Part shown: piece after piece, positions 8,991-17,242 of the stretch
How positions within the stretch are numbered: position 1 is the stretch's first letter
Layout: each line of letters starts with the position of its first letter
DNA from: a virus
Virus record (IMG/VR): IMGVR_UViG_3300025018_000143
Coordinates: 1 to 64,000 of that record
DNA length: 64,000 nt
Reading direction: 5' to 3' (one strand)
The notes under the pieces: model-generated
The model's input: the letters and a program-made list of their open reading frames with translations, nothing else
What the model was told of the DNA's origin: nothing
The model's database searches: none
Position numbers and translations under genes: made by a program

Positions 8991-9829
8991 AAAAAATAAT
9001 ACTAGGTATTGCTGCAACCTTTATACTGTTGGCTTCAAATAGCATGGCTATCACTGTTCAATTTGAGGATGATGTTGTTAATTGGGAAGGTTATAGCAGA
9101 TACACTGAAGATGAGATAGGTAACCCAAAAGTTGATAGTATTACTGTGAATTACGGAAGTAAGATCAACCGTATCACTGTTGAAACCAAAAAGAATTCAA
9201 TGTTCAAGAGCTATAATAACTTGTTCATTGATACGAGAAATGATGGGTACTGGGATTACATAGTTCATACTGGCGGAGAGACAATGAAGAATGGTCTCTA
9301 TAAGGTTCTTCCTGGGTACGAATACACATACGCTAATGTAGGAAGAAAGGGCCACCCTAATGGTATTGAACCTTTGTATCTTGAGTATGTCTCGCCAGTT
9401 GAATTCAATGTTACAGGGAGCAAGCCAGAAGGATATTCTGCTGAATACAATTTTATCGGGAAAGGAATTTTTGCTTATGGGTTCAGGGTAGGATTTACTC
9501 CTTATTGTGCTAATGATGTCGCTTATCATGCATCTCCTTATAAAGACATGTGGCTGCCATTTGATACATCAGGTATCACGCCTCATGAGGATCCCCAGTC
9601 TAGTTTTGATGATAAAGAAAATAATGGCAGAGGTTATGCCTATGGACGAGGAAACGGACATGGCCATGGTGGTAATGACCATAATGATTGCTGTAAACCT
9701 TGTGACCCTCCTAACCCACCAAACAATCCTGTACCTGAGCCAGCTACCATGCTGTTGTTTGGTGCTGGGTTGGTTGGATTATCTGCTGCAAGAAAGTTGA
9801 AAAAACCTGTTGACAAGCCCAAGGAATAA
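8987..9829 (+). CDS. PEP-CTERM (exosortase-sorted) surface protein
   Basis: Signal peptide; CANDV motif; C-terminal VPEPATMLLFGAGLVGL followed by basic RKLKK. Confidence 0.9.
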   Translation: MKKIILGIAATFILLASNSMAITVQFEDDVVNWEGYSRYTEDEIGNPKVDSITVNYGSKINRITVETKKNSMFKSYNNLFIDTRNDGYWDYIVHTGGETMKNGLYKVLPGYEYTYANVGRKGHPNGIEPLYLEYVSPVEFNVTGSKPEGYSAEYNFIGKGIFAYGFRVGFTPYCANDVAYHASPYKDMWLPFDTSGITPHEDPQSSFDDKENNGRGYAYGRGNGHGHGGNDHNDCCKPCDPPNPPNNPVPEPATMLLFGAGLVGLSAARKLKKPVDKPKE

Positions 9830-9880
9830 TGTTATACTCTTTATATAAGATTGATTGAGAAACAAAATACATTCTGGGGT
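9810..9880 (+). promoter_or_regulatory. Early promoter cassette
   Basis: TTGACA(9810)-17-TATACT(9833)-CTTTATATAAGATTGATTGAGA. Confidence 0.85.
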
Positions 9881-9886
9881 GACATA

Positions 9887-10111
9887 ATGCAATACGGACT
9901 GACATTAGAAAATGAAGCACTTATCATTGAAAAAGCGAAATCAAAAAAAGATGGTGTATATACTTTTCGAGGTGTCTATTACAGAGTCAATAACCATTAT
10001 GTCACCCATTACGCATGGAAATACGAAATTCTTGAAAAATACGGTTACTTCAATGTGGTTTGTGGTACTTATGATGTTGATCCTGCTAAAATACTAAAAC
10101 AAATAAAATGA
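9887..10111 (+). CDS. Hypothetical protein
   Basis: ATG after GGGGTG RBS downstream of promoter. Confidence 0.65.
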   Translation: MQYGLTLENEALIIEKAKSKKDGVYTFRGVYYRVNNHYVTHYAWKYEILEKYGYFNVVCGTYDVDPAKILKQIK

Positions 10112-10344
10112 TAATGCTTGATGTTGCACAAATTGGTATAAGTGTGTTTGGCTGTACTTCTTTTCTTCTTGTTCTAAGCGAAAACAGGAAGAGACAAAAG
10201 ATAGGAGCCATGTTGGGCTTATTCTCAGGATTATTTTGGTATACAATGATGGTATGTACAGGAACGTATCTTATGTTGCCTGTTCATCTAATGTATACAT
10301 TCGGGTGGGCTAAAAAATTATTTGAATTGAGGCGAATCAAATGA
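10108..10344 (+). CDS. Small three-TM membrane protein
   Basis: Hydrophobic helices; ATGA overlaps at both ends. Confidence 0.65.
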   Translation: MIMLDVAQIGISVFGCTSFLLVLSENRKRQKIGAMLGLFSGLFWYTMMVCTGTYLMLPVHLMYTFGWAKKLFELRRIK

Positions 10345-10535
10345 AAGATTTTCTAGGTAATGAATTACATGTTGGTGATGAAGTTGTATACAAGAGCATC
10401 CTCATTGGTAATCTAAACAGAGGTATAATTACCAAAATCAAAGGTAAAGTAATAACTATCAAAAAAGGAATGTTTAGTTCTCACCAATTTGCAGATCAAA
10501 TAGTCAAAATACCTGTTGACAAATTAGCTGATTGA
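10341..10535 (+). CDS. Small SH3/KOW-like hypothetical protein
   Basis: MKDFLGNELHVGDEVVY pattern common in phage small proteins. Confidence 0.6.
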   Translation: MKDFLGNELHVGDEVVYKSILIGNLNRGIITKIKGKVITIKKGMFSSHQFADQIVKIPVDKLAD

Positions 10536-10546
10536 TGTTATACTCT
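10516..10546 (+). promoter_or_regulatory. Sigma70-type promoter for rnh
   Basis: TTGACA(10516)-17-TATACT(10539). Confidence 0.8.
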
Positions 10547-10580
10547 GTAAGTTGTTAAATATATCCTTAAGGAGGAGTGA

Positions 10581-11489
10581 ATGATTTGTACGGATTTTTC
10601 AGGTGTAGCTTATTCAGCTATTATCAATTCAGCAATGAGAGAAAAGGTTACTCTTGATGAACAGATTGTCAAGCACATTGCCATTTCTACATTCAGGAAT
10701 ATACATGTAGCTTTGGCTAAGGAGTATGGTAATCATCTATTGATTTGTGATCATAGATCATGGAGGAAGGATGTATTTCCTTTCTATAAAGCGAATCGCA
10801 AAAGAGATGATTCAGAGGAAAGTGCCATCGATTGGGAAATGTTATTCAGGGTTATGGATGAATTGAAAGAGGCATTTGACAAGCATTTCCCTTTTCATGT
10901 TATAACAGTTCCTAATACTGAAGCTGATGATGTTATCGCTGCCTTTGCTGTTAAGGCAAAAGAACCTGTTGTTATTGTATCAAAGGATCATGATTTTCAT
11001 CAATTGCACAGTGCAAAAGTCAAGCAGTATAATCCATCAAAAAAGAAATTCATCGATATTCCTGATCCTAAAGAAGCAAGATTGATGCACATCATTGGAG
11101 GGTGCGCTGGTGACGGTGTGCCTAATGTTCTTTCCGATGATGATGCTTTTGTTAATTCTTCTAAAAGGCAGAAAGCTCTTAGGCAGAATAAAATAGCAAT
11201 GTGCTTGGAGTATGCCAAAGATGATTTCAATTCCGCTCCTGCTGAATTGAAAAAGAATTGGGACAGGAATAAATTGCTTGTTGATTTGACTTCTCCTGTT
11301 GATTTTGCTCTTGCGGCGGTTGATAAATATTACGCACAAGGACCCAAAGAAGTATCACAAAATGATACAGCCAATTGGCTTGCTAGTCAACGTATGGTAA
11401 TGTTATTAGGAAAAATAACAGACTTCTATAAAGGAATTAGAAACCAAAGTACGGAAGAGCCGAAAGGGCCTCTTTCTAATTTTATGTAA
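10581..11489 (+). CDS. rnh: T4-type RNase H (5'-3' flap exonuclease)
   Basis: SWRKDVFPFYKANR, EADDVIA, IVSKDHDF.QL, GDGVPNVLS. Confidence 0.92.
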   Translation: MICTDFSGVAYSAIINSAMREKVTLDEQIVKHIAISTFRNIHVALAKEYGNHLLICDHRSWRKDVFPFYKANRKRDDSEESAIDWEMLFRVMDELKEAFDKHFPFHVITVPNTEADDVIAAFAVKAKEPVVIVSKDHDFHQLHSAKVKQYNPSKKKFIDIPDPKEARLMHIIGGCAGDGVPNVLSDDDAFVNSSKRQKALRQNKIAMCLEYAKDDFNSAPAELKKNWDRNKLLVDLTSPVDFALAAVDKYYAQGPKEVSQNDTANWLASQRMVMLLGKITDFYKGIRNQSTEEPKGPLSNFM

Positions 11490-11506
11490 ACCAGAGGATT
11501 TAATTT

Positions 11507-12232
11507 ATGGATCAATATGATAGACATGCAGCTGACACACAAAGAATTATTAACGAAAAATTCAAACAAGGGAATGTAAAGAATCTATACATTCCTGAAA
11601 TCTTGGAAGGGATTGATGAAATAGAATCATTTGATGATAGAGTTAAAGCTCTGCGAGCTAATTCTGACCGATCATTGAATACAATACTTCAAGTTACTTT
11701 CAAAGAAGAAAGACCAAGATTGACTGCTCAGGACATCGAGGCGATTAAATACAAGCCTGCATACTCAGGAGATGATTTTTCGATCTCTCCGAGCACTCTG
11801 TACGATGTTTCTAGGCGAGTGTATATCTTTTATCGTACAGACATAACTGTTGCTCAAATGTCAAAAATAGCAATGGAAATACTCTCTAATCTTCATCCTA
11901 TTGAAGCAGAAGTATTCAAAGGTATCTTTAAAGGTAAAATGCCTTATAAGAACATTACCAAGGAATTAGTAAGAGCTGCATTTCCTGATTTGTTTGCTGG
12001 TGAATTGACAGAAGAAGAAAAGAAGGAGAAGGAAGAAAAACACGCCGAGGCTCTTCGGCAGGCTAAAATCTTGGTTGATGCGGAAGAGCTAGCCAAAGCA
12101 AAGAAACTTCTTCAAACTGAAGAGGCTAAAGTAAAGACAGAGCCAGAAAAAGATACTGAAGAGAAGAGTAAACCAGAACCAAAATCAACACAGAAGCCTG
12201 CTCCAAAGAAAGCAGTAAAAGGAGATAAGTGA
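11507..12232 (+). CDS. Conserved T4-like hypothetical protein downstream of rnh (DUF6433-like)
   Basis: L..LHPIEAEVF, YKNITKELV..AFP motif; synteny with rnh. Confidence 0.6.
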   Translation: MDQYDRHAADTQRIINEKFKQGNVKNLYIPEILEGIDEIESFDDRVKALRANSDRSLNTILQVTFKEERPRLTAQDIEAIKYKPAYSGDDFSISPSTLYDVSRRVYIFYRTDITVAQMSKIAMEILSNLHPIEAEVFKGIFKGKMPYKNITKELVRAAFPDLFAGELTEEEKKEKEEKHAEALRQAKILVDAEELAKAKKLLQTEEAKVKTEPEKDTEEKSKPEPKSTQKPAPKKAVKGDK

Positions 12233-12498
12233 TGCCACTCTATAGCTATTTTTGCTACGAACACAAAGGCGGATGTGGACATAAATTCGAGGAGCAGCTT
12301 TCAGTAGATGAAAGGATGAAGCCCATGAATGAACCTTGTCCTAAATGTAAGAAAGAAAATACCATCTGTAGAGAATATAAATCTAATCTTGCTCCTTCAA
12401 TGATTGTTAATCCAAAAAGCAAGATGGATGATTCATTCATAGAAACCATGACGCGGATTAAAAAAGAAAACCCGGATATGCAAAGTACATGGTTTTGA
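12232..12498 (+). CDS. FmdB-family Zn-ribbon protein
   Basis: MPLYSYFC..C.HKFE...PCPKC. Confidence 0.8.
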   Translation: MPLYSYFCYEHKGGCGHKFEEQLSVDERMKPMNEPCPKCKKENTICREYKSNLAPSMIVNPKSKMDDSFIETMTRIKKENPDMQSTWF

Positions 12499-12640
12499 TT
12501 CTCATATGATACATTAGGTTCATAACGTACATTATACTATACAAAAAGCATCATAATGTAAATTATGATGTACATTATGATACTATATCTAAAATGATCT
12601 ATTATAAAGCATATTTTAGTGGATAAATGGAGATCAAAAA

Positions 12641-12940
12641 ATGGAAAAGCCTCAAATAACAGAATGCCTTAGGAATCCTAATTTCAATGAGTACATTTGC
12701 AAAATGGATACTGATGTTGAACTTATAATCAGGAAGATCAATAAAGATAAAGATACATATGGACAAAAATCCTATGTCAAATTGAAATTGCCTTCTGATT
12801 ATGACTTATTTGCAGAGTATACAACCTCTGAATACAGTGTTAAGATGATTGCAGCTTCATTGAGGACTTTGGCTGATAATATTGAAGCTGTTCAAAAAGA
12901 AGTAGAAAAGATTAATGATGTCCTTGGGTTCATGGATTAA
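12641..12940 (+). CDS. Hypothetical protein
   Basis: GGAG RBS, ORF. Confidence 0.65.
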   Translation: MEKPQITECLRNPNFNEYICKMDTDVELIIRKINKDKDTYGQKSYVKLKLPSDYDLFAEYTTSEYSVKMIAASLRTLADNIEAVQKEVEKINDVLGFMD

Positions 12941-12952
12941 GGAGAAGAATTT

Positions 12953-13156
12953 ATGCCGTATTATTCATATGAATGCACTGCATGCAGTAAGCCGTATGAG
13001 GATTTTGTTCGCCTCAGGTTTGAGGATGGGAAGGATCTTACTGTGCATCCTTTCTGTCCATTCTGCCATGCTGAAGGGAAAAAGGTAATCACTGCTGCAA
13101 ATTTCAAGATTAATGGCTACTCAGAAAAGAATGGGTATTCTAAAAATAAGTCTTGA
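12953..13156 (+). CDS. FmdB-family Zn-ribbon protein
   Basis: MPYYSYECTAC...CPFC...KVITAANFKING. Confidence 0.8.
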   Translation: MPYYSYECTACSKPYEDFVRLRFEDGKDLTVHPFCPFCHAEGKKVITAANFKINGYSEKNGYSKNKS

Positions 13157-13230
13157 CAGTTCCTCAGAATAATGTTATACTCTTTATATAGGATTGATTG
13201 AGAGAAAAAAATAAATTCTGTGAGGAGAGT
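13153..13230 (+). promoter_or_regulatory. Early promoter cassette
   Basis: TTGACA(13153)-17-TATACT(13176)-CTTTATATAGGATTGATTGAGA. Confidence 0.85.
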
Positions 13231-13233
13231 AAA

Positions 13234-13536
13234 ATGAAAAAGATTAATGGACGTTGGATCGATGAAAACAACAATGCATGGAATGGCGCCTTAAGTGAAG
13301 AAGAGGCTAATCTCCTGAGTGCTTCAATGATAAATTGCCATGATTGTAATGATTGCAGCGATTGCTTTGATTGTGAGTATTGTAATGCTTGCGTATATTG
13401 TAGACATTGTGAATGTTGCATCAATTGTATTAGTTGTGATTATTGTGATTATTGTCAGGACTGTACGGATTGTTTGTATTGTACCCATCAAGATGGCTGC
13501 CATAATGGCAACAATTTATGTGAGAATAAAAGATAA
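13234..13536 (+). CDS. Cys-rich (Cxx)n repeat protein
   Basis: NCHDCNDCSDCFDCEYCNACVYCRHCECCINCISCDYCDYCQDCTDCLYC; start after GAGGAG. Confidence 0.75.
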   Translation: MKKINGRWIDENNNAWNGALSEEEANLLSASMINCHDCNDCSDCFDCEYCNACVYCRHCECCINCISCDYCDYCQDCTDCLYCTHQDGCHNGNNLCENKR

Positions 13537-13633
13537 CCTAAATAATATGGTTCTAATAACAATCAAACTTATAATAACAATCGCTGTTATTATAAGATTA
13601 TGTAAATCCCTAAAATAAAAAGAAGGCATATAC

Positions 13634-13831
13634 ATGACTCTAAAAATGTTAAAACCTGGTTATAGGAATGATTTCATTTATCACGGTATTTGTGGAAATT
13701 GCGGAGCTGAATACGAAGCTAGTCCTGAGGACATCAAGACAGCTCGCAAGGATCAAAATTGTCCGTTCTGTCAAGGAGTAAGGACAATACGATTTGAGCC
13801 CGTCAATAAAGCACAATATATAAACGGATGA
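13634..13831 (+). CDS. Small Zn-ribbon protein
   Basis: CGNC...CPFC. Confidence 0.65.
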   Translation: MTLKMLKPGYRNDFIYHGICGNCGAEYEASPEDIKTARKDQNCPFCQGVRTIRFEPVNKAQYING

Positions 13832-14469
13832 TTGAAATTCAGGAATGTGATACGACCTATGATAATATAGGTCGTATTTATAAAACACCGTTGGGTTCAT
13901 ATTATAGCGTTACCACAATGTTGAGCAATTCCAGTGAGAAGGAATTTCTCCAAGATTGGAAAGAAAGAATAGGTGAAGAAGAGGCGGCAAAACAAACCAG
14001 AGTAGCAAGTCACTTAGGCACTAATTTTCATGAGTTAGGCGAAGCATATCTCCTAAAACAACCGATGCCTAAAGTACAATGGAAAGCAAAGTATCTTTTC
14101 GACAGAGCAATCCCAATTCTCAAAGAACATGTTACTAAGGTTCATGCCGTTGAAATTCCTCTTTGGAGTGAGATTCTTCAATTAGCAGGAAGGACTGATG
14201 CTGTTCTTGATTGGGATAATGAATTGTGCGTATTTGATTTTAAATGTATAGGTCATCATAATGAAAAGTGGCTTACGGATTACTGGATTCAAACAGAAGC
14301 GTATGGTGTTTGCCTTAAGGAAATGTATGGTGTTGATATAAAGAAACTTGTTCTTCTTTGCGCAAATAAAAAAACATTAAAGGTGAAGGCCTTTACTATC
14401 AAACCGAAAAAACATTATATTGATTTAAGAGACAGAATAATAAAATTTAGAAAATTTTTAAGGACGTAA
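13828..14469 (+). CDS. PD-(D/E)XK exonuclease (Cas4/RecB-like, common in T4-like phages)
   Basis: YSVTT, GTNFHE, AGRTD, DFK, Q.EAY motifs. Confidence 0.85.
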   Translation: MIEIQECDTTYDNIGRIYKTPLGSYYSVTTMLSNSSEKEFLQDWKERIGEEEAAKQTRVASHLGTNFHELGEAYLLKQPMPKVQWKAKYLFDRAIPILKEHVTKVHAVEIPLWSEILQLAGRTDAVLDWDNELCVFDFKCIGHHNEKWLTDYWIQTEAYGVCLKEMYGVDIKKLVLLCANKKTLKVKAFTIKPKKHYIDLRDRIIKFRKFLRT

Positions 14470-14499
14470 TTTACAATTATCAAAATGCCAACAGTGCAT

Positions 14500-14672
14500 T
14501 GCAGGTATGGCGCCTTCTTTCATACTTAGGGAAATGTATGGAATGAATGCAAAGAAGCTAATTCTGGTTTATGTGAATAAAAGACTCTGAAAGTGAAATA
14601 TTTTTCCTGCCATGGCGTATAAATATGCTCAAGAAGTATCAAAAAGAATTATAGCTTTTAGAAATAAAATGA
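14500..14672 (+). pseudogene. Degenerate second copy of the exonuclease 3' end
   Basis: Encodes LREMYGMNAKKLILVYVNK versus LKEMYGVDIKKLVLLCANK in the intact gene; frameshifted afterwards. Confidence 0.7.
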
Positions 14673-14742
14673 TTGACATTCATCCAAATTAATGTTATAA
14701 TATCTTATACAGAATGAGAATAAAACATTATGTAGGTGAAGC
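14673..14742 (+). promoter_or_regulatory. Early promoter cassette
   Basis: TTGACA(14673)-17-TATAAT(14696)-ATCTTATACAGAATGAGA. Confidence 0.85.
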
Positions 14743-14824
14743 ATGAGCTTATTGAGTGTGCTTCCTCTGAACCTATGTACATTTACATTGCCAAAGAAAA
14801 AATATTTATGATAGAGGATATGCA

Positions 14825-15181
14825 ATGAGTGGTTACCCAAAAATAAAATATTATGGATGGGATTTTACTGAGCTTCATAAAGCATTCCAGATTCCTTACT
14901 GGGATGATATGGAGTTGGAAATGACAAATGAATGGGATGCTATAATGCTGAAAAATTATCTCAGTGGAGTTATAGGAGCCTCGAAATATCATTACGGTGG
15001 TAAGGATTTTGTTCTAATCTATACAGCAAAAGAAATTAGGCGATACCTTGCAGCGCTAATTAAAGCAGGCAGAAATTGTCATCCTGATGATTGCCTTCTT
15101 TGGGAAGCAATGCTTAATTACAAAGATGACATGAATTTGGTTCGGATTTTTATGCACAATTGCGAAGAGGCTTGGGCATGA
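14825..15181 (+). CDS. Hypothetical protein
   Basis: GAGG RBS, ORF. Confidence 0.65.
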   Translation: MSGYPKIKYYGWDFTELHKAFQIPYWDDMELEMTNEWDAIMLKNYLSGVIGASKYHYGGKDFVLIYTAKEIRRYLAALIKAGRNCHPDDCLLWEAMLNYKDDMNLVRIFMHNCEEAWA

Positions 15182-15377
15182 TAAAGAAATTTTGTGATGC
15201 TTGTGGTAAGGACATTACTGATACAAGAAGCAGAAAATTTTCATATGGCTGCCATCTAGGAATGCCAAATCTTGGCAGCCATTCTAATGCTGAAAGTAAT
15301 TCTGTTTCAAGACGGGATTACTGCCGTAAACAAATTTAAATAACTCAAAAAAGATAATGGAATAGAATGAAACATGT

Positions 15378-15451
15378 TGGGATATAGTTCAATGGTAGAG
15401 CGGATGACTTTGAATCATCAAGTTCCAGTTCGAACCTGGATATCCCTTCCA
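15378..15451 (+). tRNA. trnQ: tRNA-Gln(UUG) with encoded CCA
   Basis: TGGGATA..GTTC-AATGGTA-GAGC..GATGA-CTTTGAA-TCATC..TCCAG-TTCGAAC-CTGGA-TATCCCT-T-CCA cloverleaf. Confidence 0.93.
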
Positions 15452-15467
15452 ACATACGAGGGCATCA

Positions 15468-16487
15468 ATGAATAAATTACTAAAGCCATATGACATAGTT
15501 GAGATTTATAAAAATGCAACTAAGGATGTAATCAAATACGTCCATAATAATGGCTCTGAAACAACGATCAAAACAGTCAATACTTGTATTGGTCCTGCAG
15601 GTATTGTGGATAAAAGCAAAGCAGTAATGTTTATATCTGTGTCCTCTGGCTGCTCACAAAAATGTAAATTTTGCTATCTGACGAGCAAGAAATTTCCTTT
15701 TTGTCAATTAGATACAAATACCATAATTAAATCATGCCTAGAAGTTCTAAAGAAATCAACAGAGCAATTAGAAGGGAAATATCTTAAAATTTCATTCATG
15801 GGTATGGGAGATGCTTTTGCTTCCAAGACAGATATGAATGAAATTGTCAAAAAGGTATTTCTGTTCGCATACTGTAAAGGAATGATTGCTGGCATTGATG
15901 GTGTTGATATCGGGACTTCATATCCTAATGTGGATAATTCAGGGATTTATAATTCAATTAATATGCTGAAAGAAACTATCTTTCACCTCAATATACCTTT
16001 TAATCCTTTCTATAATTACAATAAAATTGCTATGGAGTATCCTGATTCAAGGACTCCTGTTAGATTGTTTATATCATTGCATAGTATTAATGATACTGTT
16101 AGGTCATATTTGATGCCCAATTCTTCATCAATACAAAGAATATTGGATGATATTAAAAATATTGACATTGATGTTATATTCCATTATATCATGTTTGATG
16201 GCATTAATGATTCACAAGATGATATAGAAAAAATTCTTGCCTTCTTTGATCGTGATACCATGAGGAAGTATGAATTAAGGATCCTCAGATATAATATGGA
16301 TATGAACACAGCAGGGCTTGCTGAATCTCCAGTTGTCAATGAAGCAATCAATACATTGAAACAATCAAAGTTAAAATTCAAGTACCAGATTTCTGCAGGG
16401 TCTGAAATTTCAGCATCCTGTGGACAATTTCTTTGCAGAAGATTTACAGATAGAAAAGAAAACTCCTCTGTTAGCTCAATGGTTTAG
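15468..16487 (+). CDS. RlmN/Cfr-like radical SAM enzyme
   Basis: ISVSSGCSQKCKFC (CxxxCxxC), SFMGMGD, ISLH, GIND, C-terminal SASCGQF (AACGQL-like). Confidence 0.8.
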   Translation: MNKLLKPYDIVEIYKNATKDVIKYVHNNGSETTIKTVNTCIGPAGIVDKSKAVMFISVSSGCSQKCKFCYLTSKKFPFCQLDTNTIIKSCLEVLKKSTEQLEGKYLKISFMGMGDAFASKTDMNEIVKKVFLFAYCKGMIAGIDGVDIGTSYPNVDNSGIYNSINMLKETIFHLNIPFNPFYNYNKIAMEYPDSRTPVRLFISLHSINDTVRSYLMPNSSSIQRILDDIKNIDIDVIFHYIMFDGINDSQDDIEKILAFFDRDTMRKYELRILRYNMDMNTAGLAESPVVNEAINTLKQSKLKFKYQISAGSEISASCGQFLCRRFTDRKENSSVSSMV

Positions 16488-16520
16488 ATCGGAGAATCAA
16501 AATAAAATATGCAAGGAGGC

Positions 16521-16752
16521 AATGATGGAAGAGATACAGGTAGTTGAACCACAACAAGCAGTAGAAAAAAGAAATGGATCATATGAGGACAAGGTAATAA
16601 AAGCTTTGCTCCCCGAATCAGGAAAGATTACTGATTACGAATTTGGACCGCCGCAAAGATTGAAAGCTGAGCCAAGAGAGTTCTATGTCATTAGACGTAA
16701 ACTTGAAAAGCAAATTCTCAAGATGAGAATGAGGCAAGGCATTTCAAAGTGA
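16521..16752 (+). CDS. Hypothetical protein
   Basis: AAGGAGG RBS before MMEEIQ. Confidence 0.6.
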
Positions 16753-16840
16753 GTTGTACAGCAAACATCATTCTAATAAAATAAGAAAAGGGCTTATATT
16801 AAATTTTATAATGCCCCTTTTCCTTTATAAAGGAGAGAAA

Positions 16841-17137
16841 ATGCAATCAAACAGAGAAATAAAAATAAAAACGACGTATGAGATTGATATCGACGACCAG
16901 CTTATTGTAATTGACATTGATGAAGTAAAGGAATTGTATGACCTTTTAAGTAAAATACTCAAACCAGAGAAAACCACGCTGGAGGAAACTCTCCAGCCTG
17001 ACATTTATAAGAATCCAGGTTGGGAGTTTCCTCAGTATTTGGCTGATCCTTGTTTTGGTACTTGTGATGGTACTACTATGGTTGGAAAGGGAAACAATCC
17101 GCCGCTTCCTACCAATGATGATTTTTCAGCTAAATAA
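16841..17137 (+). CDS. Hypothetical protein
   Basis: AAGGAG RBS before MQSNRE. Confidence 0.6.
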   Translation: MQSNREIKIKTTYEIDIDDQLIVIDIDEVKELYDLLSKILKPEKTTLEETLQPDIYKNPGWEFPQYLADPCFGTCDGTTMVGKGNNPPLPTNDDFSAK

Positions 17138-17171
17138 TCATACTCATTGTCATAAACCACATATTACATTG

Positions 17172-17179
17172 TATAAATA
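17172..17179 (+). promoter_or_regulatory. T4-type late promoter for the lysis cassette
   Basis: TATAAATA about 65 nt upstream of the holin. Confidence 0.7.
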
Positions 17180-17242
17180 ATATTGTAATTCTTTTACTTA
17201 ATCTTTTTCTTAATCTGGTTAACGGATGCAATATAATATTCA

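Noticed and set aside
13828-14469. Cas4 as evidence of a CRISPR system
   Set aside because: Stand-alone PD-(D/E)XK exonuclease common in T4-like phages; lacks the four-Cys Fe-S pattern and cas neighbours
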